From the human T2T-CHM13v2.0 reference genome, Homo sapiens: a DNA stretch of 64,000 nucleotides. Of the stretch, positions 44,421 through 59,660 are shown piece after piece. Location: NCBI RefSeq assembly GCF_009914755.1, contig NC_060936.1; one strand, given 5' to 3'. The notes below the pieces were generated by a model. The model ran no database searches and had not been told where the DNA came from. It was given only the letters and a program-made list of their open reading frames with translations. A program made the position numbers and the translations under genes. How positions within the stretch are numbered: the stretch's first letter is position 1; each line of letters starts with the position of its first letter.

Positions 44421-45587
44421 AGAATTTTTTAAGAGTCAAGCCTATAATCTTCTCTTTGATTTGAAACTTAGGATTTTTTGAAAGATAAACTTTTGTGTCT
44501 TCATGCTGTATATTCAATAACACAGACATCCTTTATAATACAATGATGTCCATTTATCATAATGGTTAGATTACAGGATCTACCACTCTAGACTGTTGCC
44601 TTATTTTAGCTCTGTGGCATACATAATTTATGAATTGTTGGTAACTCAAGAATGTGTTTATATCCAGAAAGAGTGACTATATAAAAAATAACTCCCGAAG
44701 ACATTTGCCTATTGCTATTGAGATCTTTCCTTTGTTTTTCAAATATGGAAGTATTTCTGTCTGCAAGATATAAAACCCATGTGTTAATTTATTATCATCA
44801 AAGACATCATCTCAAAATCTGAAAGTTGAATCTAGTTAACAACTCCAATATGTGAAGCCAAACAATTGACTGATTTTTTTTTTTTTTTTAAGATTTGGAA
44901 ATACAGGCATTACATCTGCTATTTTAGAACAGTTGAGCTTAGAAACAAATGCTTAAGGACATGAAAGCTATGATACTACCAGGCAAATAGTTTTCTTTGC
45001 ACTTTCTCTAACATGAGGCTAATTTTATCAATTTTCAGTATTTATAAAACCTACATATGGGTTACACTATTTCTTGGGTAGATTTAGTCGATGATCTCAC
45101 CCAGAAATCTTGGCTAATACACCATATATTAGCCTGAAGCTCCCCACTTATGAACTTTATTAGCCCACTATTATACAATGAAAGGGAAACAGTGCATATA
45201 TGGCAATGGAGGCATCACAGTGTAAAGTAACCCTACCATCTTGTGATCATAGACTGTTTAACAGTAAGAGAGAAGTTTTAAATTAATTAGGCTCAACAAT
45301 GAGAAAAGGTATTATAAAGTTCTAAAACTGAATTTTCAGATGGTGAAAAGGAGAAAAACTTACAAAAAGATATAATTTCTTTCCAGACAATTTGTTTGAT
45401 GGCAAGTGAGTAATTTAACATCCAAAATAAAACAGAAAATGTTAATAAATTTATTTGAAAATGTTTGGTTACAAATATATACTATTAATCTTCAATAATT
45501 TAAAAGGTATACATCTCCTGTTTTTTCATTAAATTAAATTAGAATCCCCCTTTCTTATTTTTTTTACAGTTTTCATTATATTTAGTC

Positions 45588-46429
45588 TTTTTTCTTTTTT
45601 TTAATTTTATTATTATTATACTTTTAGTTTTAGGGTACATGTGCACAACGTGCAGGTTTGTTACATATGTATACATGTGCCATGTTTGTGTGCTGCACCC
45701 ATTAACTTGTCATTTAGCATTAGGTATATCTCCTAATGCTATCCCTCCCCCCTCCCCCCACCCCACAACAGTCCCCGGTGTGTGATGTTCCCCTTCCTGT
45801 GTCCATGTGTTCTCACTGTTCAATTCCCACCTATGAGCAAGAACATGCGGTGTTTGGTTTTTTGTCCTTGCGATAGTTTGCTGAGAATGATGGTTTTGAG
45901 TTTCATCCATGTCGCTACAAAGGACATGAACTCATCCTTTTTTATGGCTGCATAGTATTCCATGGTGTATATGTGCCACATTTTCTTAATCCAGTCTATT
46001 TGTTGTTGGACATTTGGGTTGGTTCCAAGTCTTTGCTATTGTGAATAGTGCCACAATAAACATCTGTGTGCATGTGTCTTTATAGCAGCATGATTTATAA
46101 TCCTTTGAGTATATACCCAGTAATGGGATGGCTGGGTCAAATGGTATTTCTAGTTCTAGATCCCTGAGGAATCGCCACACTGACTTCCACAATGGTTGAA
46201 CTAGTTTACGGTCCCACCAACAGTGTAAAAGTGTTCCTATTTCTCCACATCCTCTCCAGCACCTGTTGTTTCCTGACTTTTTAATGATCGCCATTCTAAC
46301 TGGTGTGAGATGGTATATCATTGTGGTTTTGATTTGCATTTCTCTGATGGCCAGTGATGATGAGCATTTTTTCATGTGTTTTTTGGTTGCATAAATGTCT
46401 TCTTTTGAGAAGTGTCTGTTCGTATCCTT
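45588..46429 (-). mobile_element. 5'-truncated L1PA4-like element (ORF2 C-terminus and 3'UTR)
   Basis: ORF 45986-46375 matches the L1 ORF2 Cys-rich end; 3'UTR attaacttgtcatttagcattagg; poly-T tail. Confidence 0.93.
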
Positions 46430-46559
46430 ATTTTTCTATGACTTACAAATGTATGAAAATAAGCAGTGGATCTTCAATCCTGACATGCTTAGTGATTGCT
46501 ATTCATATTCAGTGTGAGGGATAATCTAAACATGAATCTATTTATCAGTCATCATGCTT

Positions 46560-46700
46560 TCCAGATCAGCACACAGTTCTGACTCCACTACATACTAGCT
46601 GTGTAATGTTGGGCAATATGCTTAATTACTCTGAGCTTCAGTTTTCTAATTTATAAAATAAGGATGACAGATCAGTTTTCTACTATGTCTCTTCAGATTA
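46560..46700 (+). mobile_element. MIR core
   Basis: tactagctgtgtaatgttgggcaatatgcttaattactctgagcttcagttttctaatttataaaataagg. Confidence 0.8.
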
Positions 46701-49700
46701 AATTTTTGGCTGTTTTTATCTCTCCCTGTTTACCTCTCTTCCCTCTCTCCCCTTTTCCCCACTTCCTACCCCACCGTGAGTATCCATCCATTTATTTTTC
46801 TGTCTATCTACCAATCATCTATTTGTCTACCTATTTACCTGATGTTAACACATGGAATTGAAAACAGAGGGCAAAAATATTAAAGATATTAAAATTTAAA
46901 GGTTGTCAAAAAAGAGTCAATCAATTGTACAAAAAAAGAATGAATGTAGCCCCTCTGTTTTACTATACTTTCCAACTGCTTTTTGTCCCCTCACTTTAGA
47001 ATATGGTTGTACCCATTTCTATATCATCATGAGAAGACCTGGGTTTGTTTTCACCATCTAATGTAATTGATAAGGTTGGCAGCATGGACATAATGAATGT
47101 CGTTTGATAAGAGAGCTGTAACAGTGTCTAATATGCAAAACAGTATATGGCATTTTGCAAAATGTACATTTCATTTTGCTAATGTGGAAATAACCTTAAT
47201 TTTTGAATTTATTCTTTATGAAGCCATAATAAGGAAGCATACCTATAAATACTTTATTCTGATATTCTTAAAACCATTTGTCTGGATTATAATGATAACG
47301 ATACAAAGTGTTTCAGCACAAATACATTGGCTCAAAAGAGTTAAAAAAATATATAACTTCAATTTTTTGGCTAGAAATGATACATTTTTTAAAACAAATT
47401 TACAGTATTTATAAATATAAATCAGCTAGTGATTACTCTTTTATTTTAACTTATAGGAGACAAACAATTGGATTTACTATATTTCACAAGATAAAAAAGG
47501 ATTTAGTAAATTCAACTAAATTTTGAATTTTTCACATATTTGAGCATATTCCCAAGGTTTTGAACTTGTGAATGAACTTGAAACTTTAAGTCTTAGAAAA
47601 TGTATCTAAGTTATTTAGACATCAGGATATATTAATCAAACTCCCAATGTAGGTTCAACAGCATTAATCATTAATTCCTATTTTAGAAAGACAGCAGCAG
47701 AACATTTTTTCATGTGTTGATTAAAGACGACTTGACGTTGCCTATAAAGGGATCTTGTACTTATAAGTTCCTTGGAAATAGTTAAATGCAATATACCGAA
47801 AAATCATCAACTACAAATGTCTATTAATTCTTGGCCTTGATTAACACATGAAACTTACTGTAATGAGGAAACACATGCATATTAAATGAGCTGGTATTTT
47901 TAAAGTATGGACAATGCTAATAGCTATGCCAAAATCCTTTGAAATAAATGTATTTTTATTTATAAATACATTTATAAATGTATTTCAGTAAAATACCATT
48001 AGATAGAAAATTCGATACTATATCTCAATTTAAGTCAGGATAAAATTTCAAGCAATAAAAATGTTCACCATTTACCTCAAAGATCAAGGAAAAAATATTT
48101 GGAATCTTTTGAGAATTTCAAGTCTATATTCATGATGCAAACTCCATTTCTCTGGCTCAGAAAACCAAGATGAATAAGAATCCAACTCTCCGGGTTAAAA
48201 TATTTTCCTTTATTCATCTTTTATGGCCATTTATCTCTATATACCTACTTTGCAGGGATCTTATAAAGATGTGTGGAATAGTTTGTTCTAAAGTGCTTAA
48301 ACTTGGAAAAGTATGCTATAAGAGCAAATTATTATTATCTTTATTACTGTAACAAACACAGGGGATAATTATTTTTGAGTCAAAAAGAACAAGGCAAAGT
48401 GTGATTCTGCATCAAAAATGACATGGTGGGTGGTAAATGGTTTTCACTTCTATAAAGAGCAATACAATAATTTTCACATTGCACTGCTTATAACATTTAT
48501 TCTCTGAAGGCCTTGCTTAATGTGCTCACTTTCAAAATTTCTACGATCTTTTCTTCCCCCATAAATTTGCTAACTTTTGTCCTTTGCAACACTGATGTAG
48601 GCTTAGCAAATTTTTTTAAAGGAGTTATTTTTTCTTGCCTATAAGAGAATATAAAGAACCTGAGACTTCAAGCATAAGAATTTACTATATTCTGTATTTT
48701 CTTTTACATTACAGTCTTTTTTACCAATTTTAAATTTTTACTGGCTGTTTTTCTTTGCAGTTTTTTTGTGATTACTTTTTGTTTATGTCATTATAGCACA
48801 GACTATCCTGTTAGTTTTATAAGGACATCACCTTCCCTTTTCATACTGTTCCTGAGTTTCCTTTTCTATGATGTCTGTACATACATATATATGTTTTTCT
48901 CATTTGCATTAATTTTATATATTGTGTGGAGCTGTTTGTGAGCTTTAATTGATAGCATTTCCAGTAAAAGCAGAGGAATAATTCCATTTCCTAAGCTTAG
49001 TGTTAACAGAAAAGCACAAACTAGATTTTGCAAATGACTGTAGGTGAAAACAGTAAAGGGGTTACCAGCATTTAAAGTGACAATAAGTCTAGAAGTCGGT
49101 TCTTAGTTCATCTCCTTTTTTATTCTTCTTTCTCTTGTCTTACACATAACCTTTCATTTCTCTTTCCCTTCTGATGTTTCTGCATTTGAATTTTAGCTAG
49201 ACATTCACCTACATGTGCATATTTTTTTCCCACAGCTTTACTACAAATATCACATTCAGTTAAAACAGTTAAAACCCAGGGCTTAGTCAATTCCTGAGTT
49301 ATTTCCTGGAAGGCACGCTCTACTCTCTCCTTTCTATAGATGGAAGTCTTGATACTAAGAAGGAAAAAAGATCAACGGGGCGTCTAAAAGATTGAAACAC
49401 CATAAAATACTGTTTCTGCTGTTCCCTTTGACCACTCTGGGACATATAGCAATAAATCAATAATTCGATACTATTTTCTGTTCTATGGATTCTTCTCTGT
49501 CTCTCTCTGTCTCTCTAAGTTTCATAAATAAATAACTGCATATTATTTGCATTTTAGTCATTTTTGGTTACTGTTGAGAGGGTTCACAATAAAATCACAT
49601 TCTTGCAATTTCCTTACTCTGACATTATTCAAATTTAGAGTTCTCAAGAAAGGAAATTTGATTGCTCCTGTAAGTATTCTTTATCAAGTTCTCATTTTGG

Positions 49701-50019
49701 AGCTGATTTATGACTCACCATGTAAATTTTCTGAGCATTTGACTTAGAGAGACAGACATATGTCAATTGCTTACTGATAGCTTTAAAAAAGGTATCATAA
49801 CAACCAATAATTCCAAAGTAGTAAGACCCTGTGTGACACTGGCACAGAAACTCAACTTCATGCTAATTTCTGCACGTGGGTTATAATGAGCTTTAGTGGA
49901 CCAGGGTTCTGACGAGGTAATAGGTAAAAGCGTCCCATGGAAAACATTTGTTGTAAGTTGCTGTAGCTTATATTCGTGAACTTAAGATGTTTACACTATA
50001 AAGTATTAAAATAAATTTG

Positions 50020-50650
50020 GTTTAGTTATTCTAAATCAATAATTAATTTATTCTGTGCGCTATGCACTGCTCTAGGCTTTTGGCATACACTGTTGAATAT
50101 AACTGGCCAAGATCACTTACTTCGTGGGGTTTACAAGTTCATATAGAGGGACAGAGAAGGAGCCTTAAGTTTCTAAATAGGTAAGTTAGAGAGGAAATGA
50201 AAAGTTGATAGACTAAAGAAAAAGGAAAGCAGAGTATGAGGTTTGGAAAGTGCTAGGGGTGGGTGGGCAGGCTGAAATATTAAATAGGAGGCTCTCTCTT
50301 CTCATGAGAGAAGGAGGCTGAGCAAAACTGGAAAGAGTGAAGTTCTGCTTAAGTGGATGTCTAGGGTAAAACTGGCAAAGAGGAAACTAGTACAAAGACC
50401 CCAAGGCAGAAATGTGTTTGATAAGTTCTCTGAGCAGGAGCCAAAAGTGGGTGGAGTAAAGTGAACATAGTAGTTAGGGCGTGGTATCAAAGAAGTTAGG
50501 GATCACTGGGCCAATCAATTCTCTTTGTTGTTTACTTCAGAAAAATGTGCAGACATCGCACAGCTTTGAGGAGAGAAGTGTCATGCCCTGACAAATTAAA
50601 ATTTTCATTTCATTAGAATAGAGTCAAAGAGTGATCAAAATGAGAAGCTA
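50020..50650 (-). mobile_element. L2a fragment
   Basis: ctatgcactgctctaggcttttggcatacac...tacaaagaccccaaggcagaaatgtgtttg...agctttgaggagagaagtgtcatgccctgac. Confidence 0.7.
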
Positions 50651-51089
50651 TATCATACAAAAATGGTACCAGTATATCTTTATTTATTCAGTAGTATAAA
50701 AATTTTCTGTAAATCAAAATTTTTCCCACTTAAATGAACTAGAATTCACCCAAAAATTTGTCCTTTAGAGGAAACTTATAGTCAACCTTTTGTAAAGCTT
50801 CCTTTAATTCCCTGCAAATAATCATATCATAGTTTATATAGTCAGTCCACGTACAGCACTATTTCTAATAAAATGGTAGTCAGAGTAAAAACAATCCTAG
50901 ATAATCAAAGACAATCATGTCTGATTACAGATAGATTGATTAATTTTTTGTGTGTGCGGGGTGAAGTCTGAGATATTTGTGTTTTGGAAGTTCTGCAAGT
51001 CAATTTACATTTGCCATGGACTTCTAATATTCAATATTTGTCTGTGTGCACATGTGGGTTGTGTATATGTGTGTGTATTTCAGGAAGAT

Positions 51090-51159
51090 AGAGAGAGAGA
51101 GGAAAAAGAGAGAGAGGAAGAGAGAGAGGAAGAGAGAGAGGAAAAGAGAGAGAGAGAGG
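51090..51159. repeat. 70-nt pure polypurine GA repeat (about 12-bp unit gagagagaggaa)
   Basis: Seen directly in the sequence. Confidence 0.95.
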
Positions 51160-52354
51160 CTGCTCATCTTTGCAATTAATTTATTTATGTGTCTATTCCA
51201 TTCTGTCTCTCTCTCTCTCCCCCACATAACTCTCCATCTATCTATATGCAATTGTATGCTTTAAAATAGCAGTGTCTGATTTCATCCTGGAAAATCAACA
51301 CGATAAAAATTACCTGTCATTACTTTTCAGCAGGGGGAAATTAGGATACTAAGATACTACAGTCAGTGGAATGTGTTCCTTACTCCAAGCAGCAGAAAAG
51401 ATAAATCATTAAGGAAAATGCAGTAAGAAAGGCTGGGCTTCTCCTACCATGCCAGTAGGTGACCCTTTTGACTCCACCTTTTGCTCATCTCCTGCTTATA
51501 ACAGTGGTCATGTAAATTACCTTGTGGTCAATGTTTCTTTAGAATTGTTAATCTCAATTCATATCACTTCAATGATTCACCTTTATTCTATATAAGTTGT
51601 TACCTTGATTTTGAATTATATCAGGGCAGCAATAGGTAGATAATCATATCGTGTAACAAGAGGATACAGAGGAAATATCTACGGATAAAGATAACTCTTA
51701 GAAAAGATGTGGCAGAGTGGAACTGACATCAAAAAAAGTATATATTTTTCTTCAGGATTAGCTGAGATCATGCCTTTTAAATCATCCTAAATGTCAGTTT
51801 TATAACATGCGATAAGCGGTTCATTTTAGTTATTTAGATATTTCTGACAGTTCTTGTATTTTTGATTTTCTAAAGTATAGCAGTCCTAAACTTTATTACA
51901 ATGTTGAAGTTTATTATTTAGCAAGAGGAAATTTGATGGGAAAAACTTAAGGAAGCTTTTAAATTATTTTAGCTAACTTTCTCTACTTTATATATTTCAG
52001 TTTTAACACCCTTTTGATAGCTTGTTGAAGCCAAAGAGAAAAAATACCCTACACATTTCTTTTTTAAACCTAGAAAATTCTATAGAGAATGCACTTACAT
52101 TGAAAATAGTTTATATTATGTTAAGTGCATTAACCATGTGTTGCTTGTAATAAGGAGACAAGTCTAGCATATTACACACAGTTCATGAATACATGTGACC
52201 TTCCAAAAAATGACAGGCAGCTATGTTGTGAAAAGAAGATCATACATGTATTTTATCAATATGAATATTTTCTGTCAACACACTTTCACCTTGTCATGCG
52301 GGCTTTTGTAATTGCTATCCCAAGAGCTTTAATTATCTCTTAAAATCATGAATA

Positions 52355-52694
52355 CAGTTATGTGTAGCTTAATGATGAGGACACATTCTGATAAATGCAT
52401 CATTAGGTGATTTCTTCATTGTGCAAACATCATAGAGTGTACTTTGACGAACCTAGATGGTATAGCCTACTACACACCTAGGTTATATGGTATATAGCCT
52501 ATTGCTCCGAGGCTACAGACCTGTATAGCATATTACTATACTGAATGCCATAGGTGACTGTAGCACAATGGCAAGTATTTGTATACCTAAACAGAGAAAA
52601 GGCACAGTAAAAATACGGTATTATAATCTTCTTGGACTGGTATTGTATATGCAGTTCATCATTGACCAAAATATTCTGATATGGCACATGACTG
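52355..52694. mobile_element. Tigger3a (MER7A) TcMar DNA transposon
   Basis: Terminal inverted repeats cagttatgtg...cacatgactg, TA TSD on both sides, internal aacctagatggtatagcctactacacacctagg. Confidence 0.93.
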
Positions 52695-53905
52695 TATTTA
52701 TATTTGCTTTGTTTCAAAACTGTTTCCTACTAATATGTTGCATTATTTTCATGTGTGGAGACAACTGGTCACTCATCATTAATAAAATGACAAGTCTCTT
52801 ATCCAAGCTGTAAACGCAGTAGGTTTTAAAAACAAACTTCAAAGGATTAAAGCTCCTCTGTGATTTCCTACAGAGTGTACACATCAATAGAGTTGACTGT
52901 GTGCTGTCACTTTCTTCTATTAAGGCTAACTGAATTATCTACTACACATTATGCACTTAAACTGACAACATTCTTTTAAGAATTAGAGTTGAAAGCAAGC
53001 AAGCAGTTAGAATATTTGCCTTTCTTTTGGGAATCCAGGGTCATTTATAAAATTGAACACAGAAAAGAGAAATATACTTTCAGTTGATCTTAAATCTCAT
53101 TTGTATGTAATCATGTCTTAGTTAATGGTCTTATATTATTTATTGAAGCTTAGTAATAACAGAAAACATTTCTTTTTGAGAGTGACTTGTTACCTTAACA
53201 TAGCCCATGTCTTGAGTGGATTATTTTAAATAAAATGTTGTTAAAATGGCTTGAATTACATGAGTTGGTCTAAGAATTTTATGTGTAAAATAGATTTAAG
53301 GATGTGATGATATTTGAGCCATTTTTGAGAATAATAGTTTGTAAAACTAAGTGATTTCCTGTCAAAAATTTGCATGAAAGGTTTACAGATTTTATGTTCT
53401 GTAGGTGAAAGATGTTTTAAGACACAGCAACAACTAAAGACAGAACAATAACACCTAAAGAAATGGCTTATGAGCATTTTAATATCTTCACCTTAAAATA
53501 GAATGTTTGTAATTTAGATCTTATTTGTAATATGACCTTACTGTATATTTAAGCAATAGAATAATTTACTGATTGATTTGACTTATAAAATCAGTTAAGT
53601 ATTTACTATAATCAAGGGGAAGATAAAAAGACAAAGTACAGTCATCGTTTCCAAGAAATTTAAAATTAAATTAGTGATGGCAAAAAAATACTATAACAAA
53701 TTCTGTAAATGTGGCAGGTAAACTAAGACAAAAACAATAGAAATAGAGACGAGAATGGTGTATTTCAGGAGATATTTTGATAGTAAGACTGACAAGATTC
53801 CGTGGCTAAATAAAATGAGAAAAGGGGAAAATTAACTGTTACTGAAGTTTCTTGCTGTTATGATTGAGTGGATTGACTACCATAAGCCAAGATAATTAGA
53901 GTAAA

Positions 53906-54228
53906 TATCTTAGTCCATTTGCACTGATGTAACAGAATATCTGAGAATGGATAATTTATAAAGAACAGAAACTTATTTATCACAGTTGTGGAGCTGGGAA
54001 GTCCAAGATCAAGGTGCTGCTGGCATCTGGTGTTTAGTGAAGGCCTTCTTGCCTCATCCTTACATGGTGGAAGGAAGAAGTGCAAAAGTGACGGACTCTC
54101 TCTATTAATGTATTTTAAGGGCAGAACCCTAATGACTTAAACACCTCTGCAAAGGCCCTACCTTCTAACACTGATACATTGGAGATTAAGTTTCCAATAC
54201 TTGAGTAGGGGAGAATTAGACCATAGCA
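53906..54228 (-). mobile_element. MSTC/MSTD-like solo LTR inserted in an old L2 relic
   Basis: tcttagtccattt...aatttataaagaacagaaa...gctgggaagtccaagatcaaggtgc...gaccatagca. Confidence 0.85.
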
Positions 54229-54760
54229 ATGGTGTAATTCCAAATTTCAGCAAATGTGTTCGGATGTAGTATTCGGTTTGAAGCATCTGGAATTTAAGGT
54301 TGCTGTCGTTCATTCAGGCAGAATGTCCAGTGTTCCAAACAGTCAGGAGAAATCTGCAAAAAGCGATTGGAAATGAGTTTGTTGTTCAAGAAGGATTTGG
54401 AAGTTATCAAGAAAGAAGTGGTAGTTGAGGCCATGATTGATGTGTTTTAACAAAGAAAAGAAAAATTAATCTTGACTTGAATAAATTTTAATAGAGAATA
54501 TAGTCTGAGCTTTCCAACAGAAACCCAATATGAATTTCAGAAGTAGAGAAAGGAGACAACTGTTCTAATCTTCAAAAATACCAAGTATAAGAGAGTGATT
54601 ATAGAGTTTTTGCAATGCAAAAGAGATAACTTTCAAACATGTAAAAAATCACATACATGTATAGACACAATCCTTTATACACATACATGCATGTATATAT
54701 ATAATATACTCCATTCTTGATGATTCTAAAATGTGATTTTTTAGATATAGAGATAATTTT

Positions 54761-54781
54761 GATGGGTCATAATGACCCATC
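54761..54781. promoter_or_regulatory. 21-bp palindrome containing a consensus oestrogen response element (GGTCAnnnTGACC)
   Basis: gatgggtcat-a-atgacccatc; the element spans 54765-54777. The motif is certain, its function unproven. Confidence 0.4.
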
Positions 54782-54831
54782 TGTAATCAACTGATGGTAT
54801 TTTCCTTTATTTTTGCTACCCTATTTCACAC

Positions 54832-55515
54832 TTTTTTTAAAAAAAATTATCCTGTAAGTTCTGGGATACATGTGCAGAATGTGCAGGTTTGTTACACAGG
54901 TATACACATGCCATGGTGGTTTGCTGCATCCATCAACCCACCAGCTACATTAGGTATTTCTCCTAAAGCTATCCCTCCTCTATCCCCCAACCCCATGACA
55001 GGCCCGGTGTGTGATGTTTCCCTGCCTGTGTCCATGTGTTCTCATTGTTCAACTCCCACTTATGAGTGAGAACATGTGGTGTTTGGTTTTCTGTTCCTGT
55101 GTTATTTTGCTGAGAATGATGATTTCACGCTTCATCCATGTCCCTTCAAAGGACACGAACTCATCTTTTTGCATGGTTGCAGAGTATTCCATGGTGTATA
55201 TGTGCCACATTTTCTTTATCCAGTCTATCATTGATAGGCATTTGGGTTGGTTCCAAGTCTTTGCTATTGTGAATAGTGCTGCAATAAACATACATGTGCA
55301 TATATCTTTATAGTAGAATGATTTGTAATCCTTTGGGTATATATCCAGTAATGGGATTGCTGGGTCAAATGGTATTTCTAGTTCTAGATCCTTGAAGAAT
55401 TGCCACACTGTCTTCCACAATGGTTGAACTAATTTATACTCCTACCAACAGTGTAAAAGTTTTCCTATTTCTCCACATCCTCTCCAGCATCTGTTGTTTC
55501 CTGACTTTCCAATGA
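54832..55515 (-). mobile_element. L1PA8-like element, 3' segment
   Basis: ORF 55049-55420 matches the ORF2 C-terminus; 3'UTR ctgggatacatgtgcaga...tacattaggtatttctcct. Confidence 0.92.
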
Positions 55516-55540
55516 CAGAAATTTCAAAAATGAAATTTTA

Positions 55541-55659
55541 TCAATAGGAAGAGGAAGTCAAATTGTCCCTGTTTGCAGATGACATGATTGTATATTTAGA
55601 AAACCCCATCGTCCCAGCCCAACATCTTTTTAAGCTGATAAGCAACTTCAGCAAAGTCT
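55541..55659 (+). mobile_element. Opposite-strand L1PA ORF2 reverse-transcriptase fragment (encodes the FADD motif)
   Basis: gaggaagtcaaattgtccctgtttgcagatgacatgattg aligns to 5110-5232 of the L1 in this window. Confidence 0.92.
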
Positions 55660-56956
55660 AGTAATAGTAGTTGCTTAATAAATGAGTAGTGCATCAAATA
55701 TGAACAGGGAGTCAGTACACAGTCTCAAGAAAAAGTGTGAGATATAGTCATACCTGAAGAATTAATGATATGAAGTACCTTTCTTCCATAAGGTAAACAA
55801 AAATAACAACAAGAGCCAAAATGTAAATTTTGAGGGGAAAACCTTCACTTTCCTGAATGCAATTTTTACTTATGAGGTAAAAGATTAATGCATGGCCACA
55901 AAACTCTTCATAAGCAGTATTTTCTTCCTGAAATGTAATTCTTTTTTAAAAACTTGCATGATATATGATATAGAAAAATTAAGTACTAAATATTAATAAT
56001 TTTTAAAAATAGATTCATTAACAGACATTTTAATTAACTTACAAAAATCATGACAATTTATAAACTTAATACAAGGTCACCTTTTAAAAATATATTGTCA
56101 ACCTTGAAATTAAAATTGCTGGACAATGTTTGTATATGTAAATATGTGCATTATGTGTCCTTAGAATTTTTTAAATCAATTTAAAAAATTTAGCATTAAG
56201 AAAATACATTGTTGGGTTGACTACATAATTTAAGTAAATCAAATAATAACCAAATCATTCCTTTCTTATAAATTGTGTGAAACCAGTGTAATATAACCAT
56301 CAATATAAATGTGAAATTTCATTTGCTTGACAAATTATCATAATGGAAAAAACAATTTACAGTACTGCATGATTTGTAGGTAAGAAAGAGGTAGTAGGCA
56401 GGATAAATTTCCCTTTGTAACAACATTTAGAAGTCAATAGTTAACACTCCCAATATTGAGCAAAATTACTGTTTAAAGATTCTAAGAAAGAGGCTTAACT
56501 CTTCCATGATAGCTTTTCCAAAAGAACTTGAAAGATCACCAGTCAGGTGTTCAATTAGTAGATTGAGTGCCATCTACTAAATTTCTATGTTGAATGCAAA
56601 TCTTCATCAGGAGGAATTATAAAAATGTGTATTTTGTGGTGTGACCTGTTATTAGCAAGATAGAAGTACCCACATTCCTAGAGATGCAAAATGTGATATG
56701 AATTTCCTGCTTAAAATAAGCATTGTCATAGTGAATTGTTGAACACGAGGAATCTATTATTTGAGGCTGTTTTCTCCATCGCATATCTGTGTAGCTGTTT
56801 GACTTCTTTGAAGGAAAGAATTGATAAAAAATCTAACACAAGATACTAATAACTTTATTGACTTGTATCTCTTGAATCTTACTTTTCTTCAAAATGTCAT
56901 TGAGAAGATTAAGAAAAGAAAACTTACCATTCATAAATTTGTAATGTATTGAATTG

Positions 56957-57814
56957 TTGTTATTCTAACTGGCATGAGATGGTCTCTCATTGTGGTTTTG
57001 ACTTGCATTTCTCTAATGACCAGTGATGGTGAGTTTTTTTTTCATATGTTTGTTGGCCATACAAATGTCTTCTTTTGAGATGTGTCTGTTCATATCCTTC
57101 ACCCACTTTTTGAGGGGGTTGTTTGTTTTTTTCTTGTAAAGTTGTTTAAGTTCCTTGTAGATTCTGGATATTAGCCCTTTGTCAGATGGATAGATTGCAA
57201 AAATTTTCTCCCATTCTCTAGGTTGCCTGTTCACTCTGATGATAGTTTCTTTTGCTGTGCAGAGCTCTTTAGTTTAATTAGATCCCATTTGTCAATTTTG
57301 GCTTTTGTTGCCATTGCTTTTGGTGTTTTAGTCATGAAGACTTTGCCCATGCCTATGTCCTAAATGATATTGTCTAGGTTTTCTTCTAGGGTTTTCATGG
57401 TTTTAGGTTTTTCATTTAAGTCTTTAATCCATCTTCAGTTAATTTTTGTATAAGGGATAAGGAAGGGCCCAGTTTCAGTTTTCTGCATATGGCTAGCCAG
57501 TTTTCCCAACACCACTTATTAAATAGGGGATCCTTTCCCCATTGCTTGTTTTTTTCAAGTTTGTCAGACATCCGATGATTGTAGATGTGTGACATTATTT
57601 CTGAGGACTCTTTTGTTCCCTTGGTCTATATATCTGTTTTGGTACCAGTACCATGCTGTTTTGGTTACTGTAGCCTTGTAGTATAGTTTGAAGTCAGGTA
57701 GTGTGATACCTCCAGCTTTGTGTTTTTTTTGTTTTTGTTTTGTTTGTTTAAGATTGTCTTGGCTACATGGGCTCTTTTTGGTTCCATATGAAATTTAAAG
57801 TAACTTTTTTTCTA
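56957..57814 (-). mobile_element. L1PA8-like element, upstream ORF2 segment continuing 54832-55515
   Basis: ORF 57013-57234 matches ORF2; the segment resumes where the first one stops. Confidence 0.92.

Positions 57815-59660
<1,846 letters not shown>

Noticed and set aside
50952-51264. ORFs with charged E/R/K repeats
   Set aside because: They are translations of the GA microsatellite.
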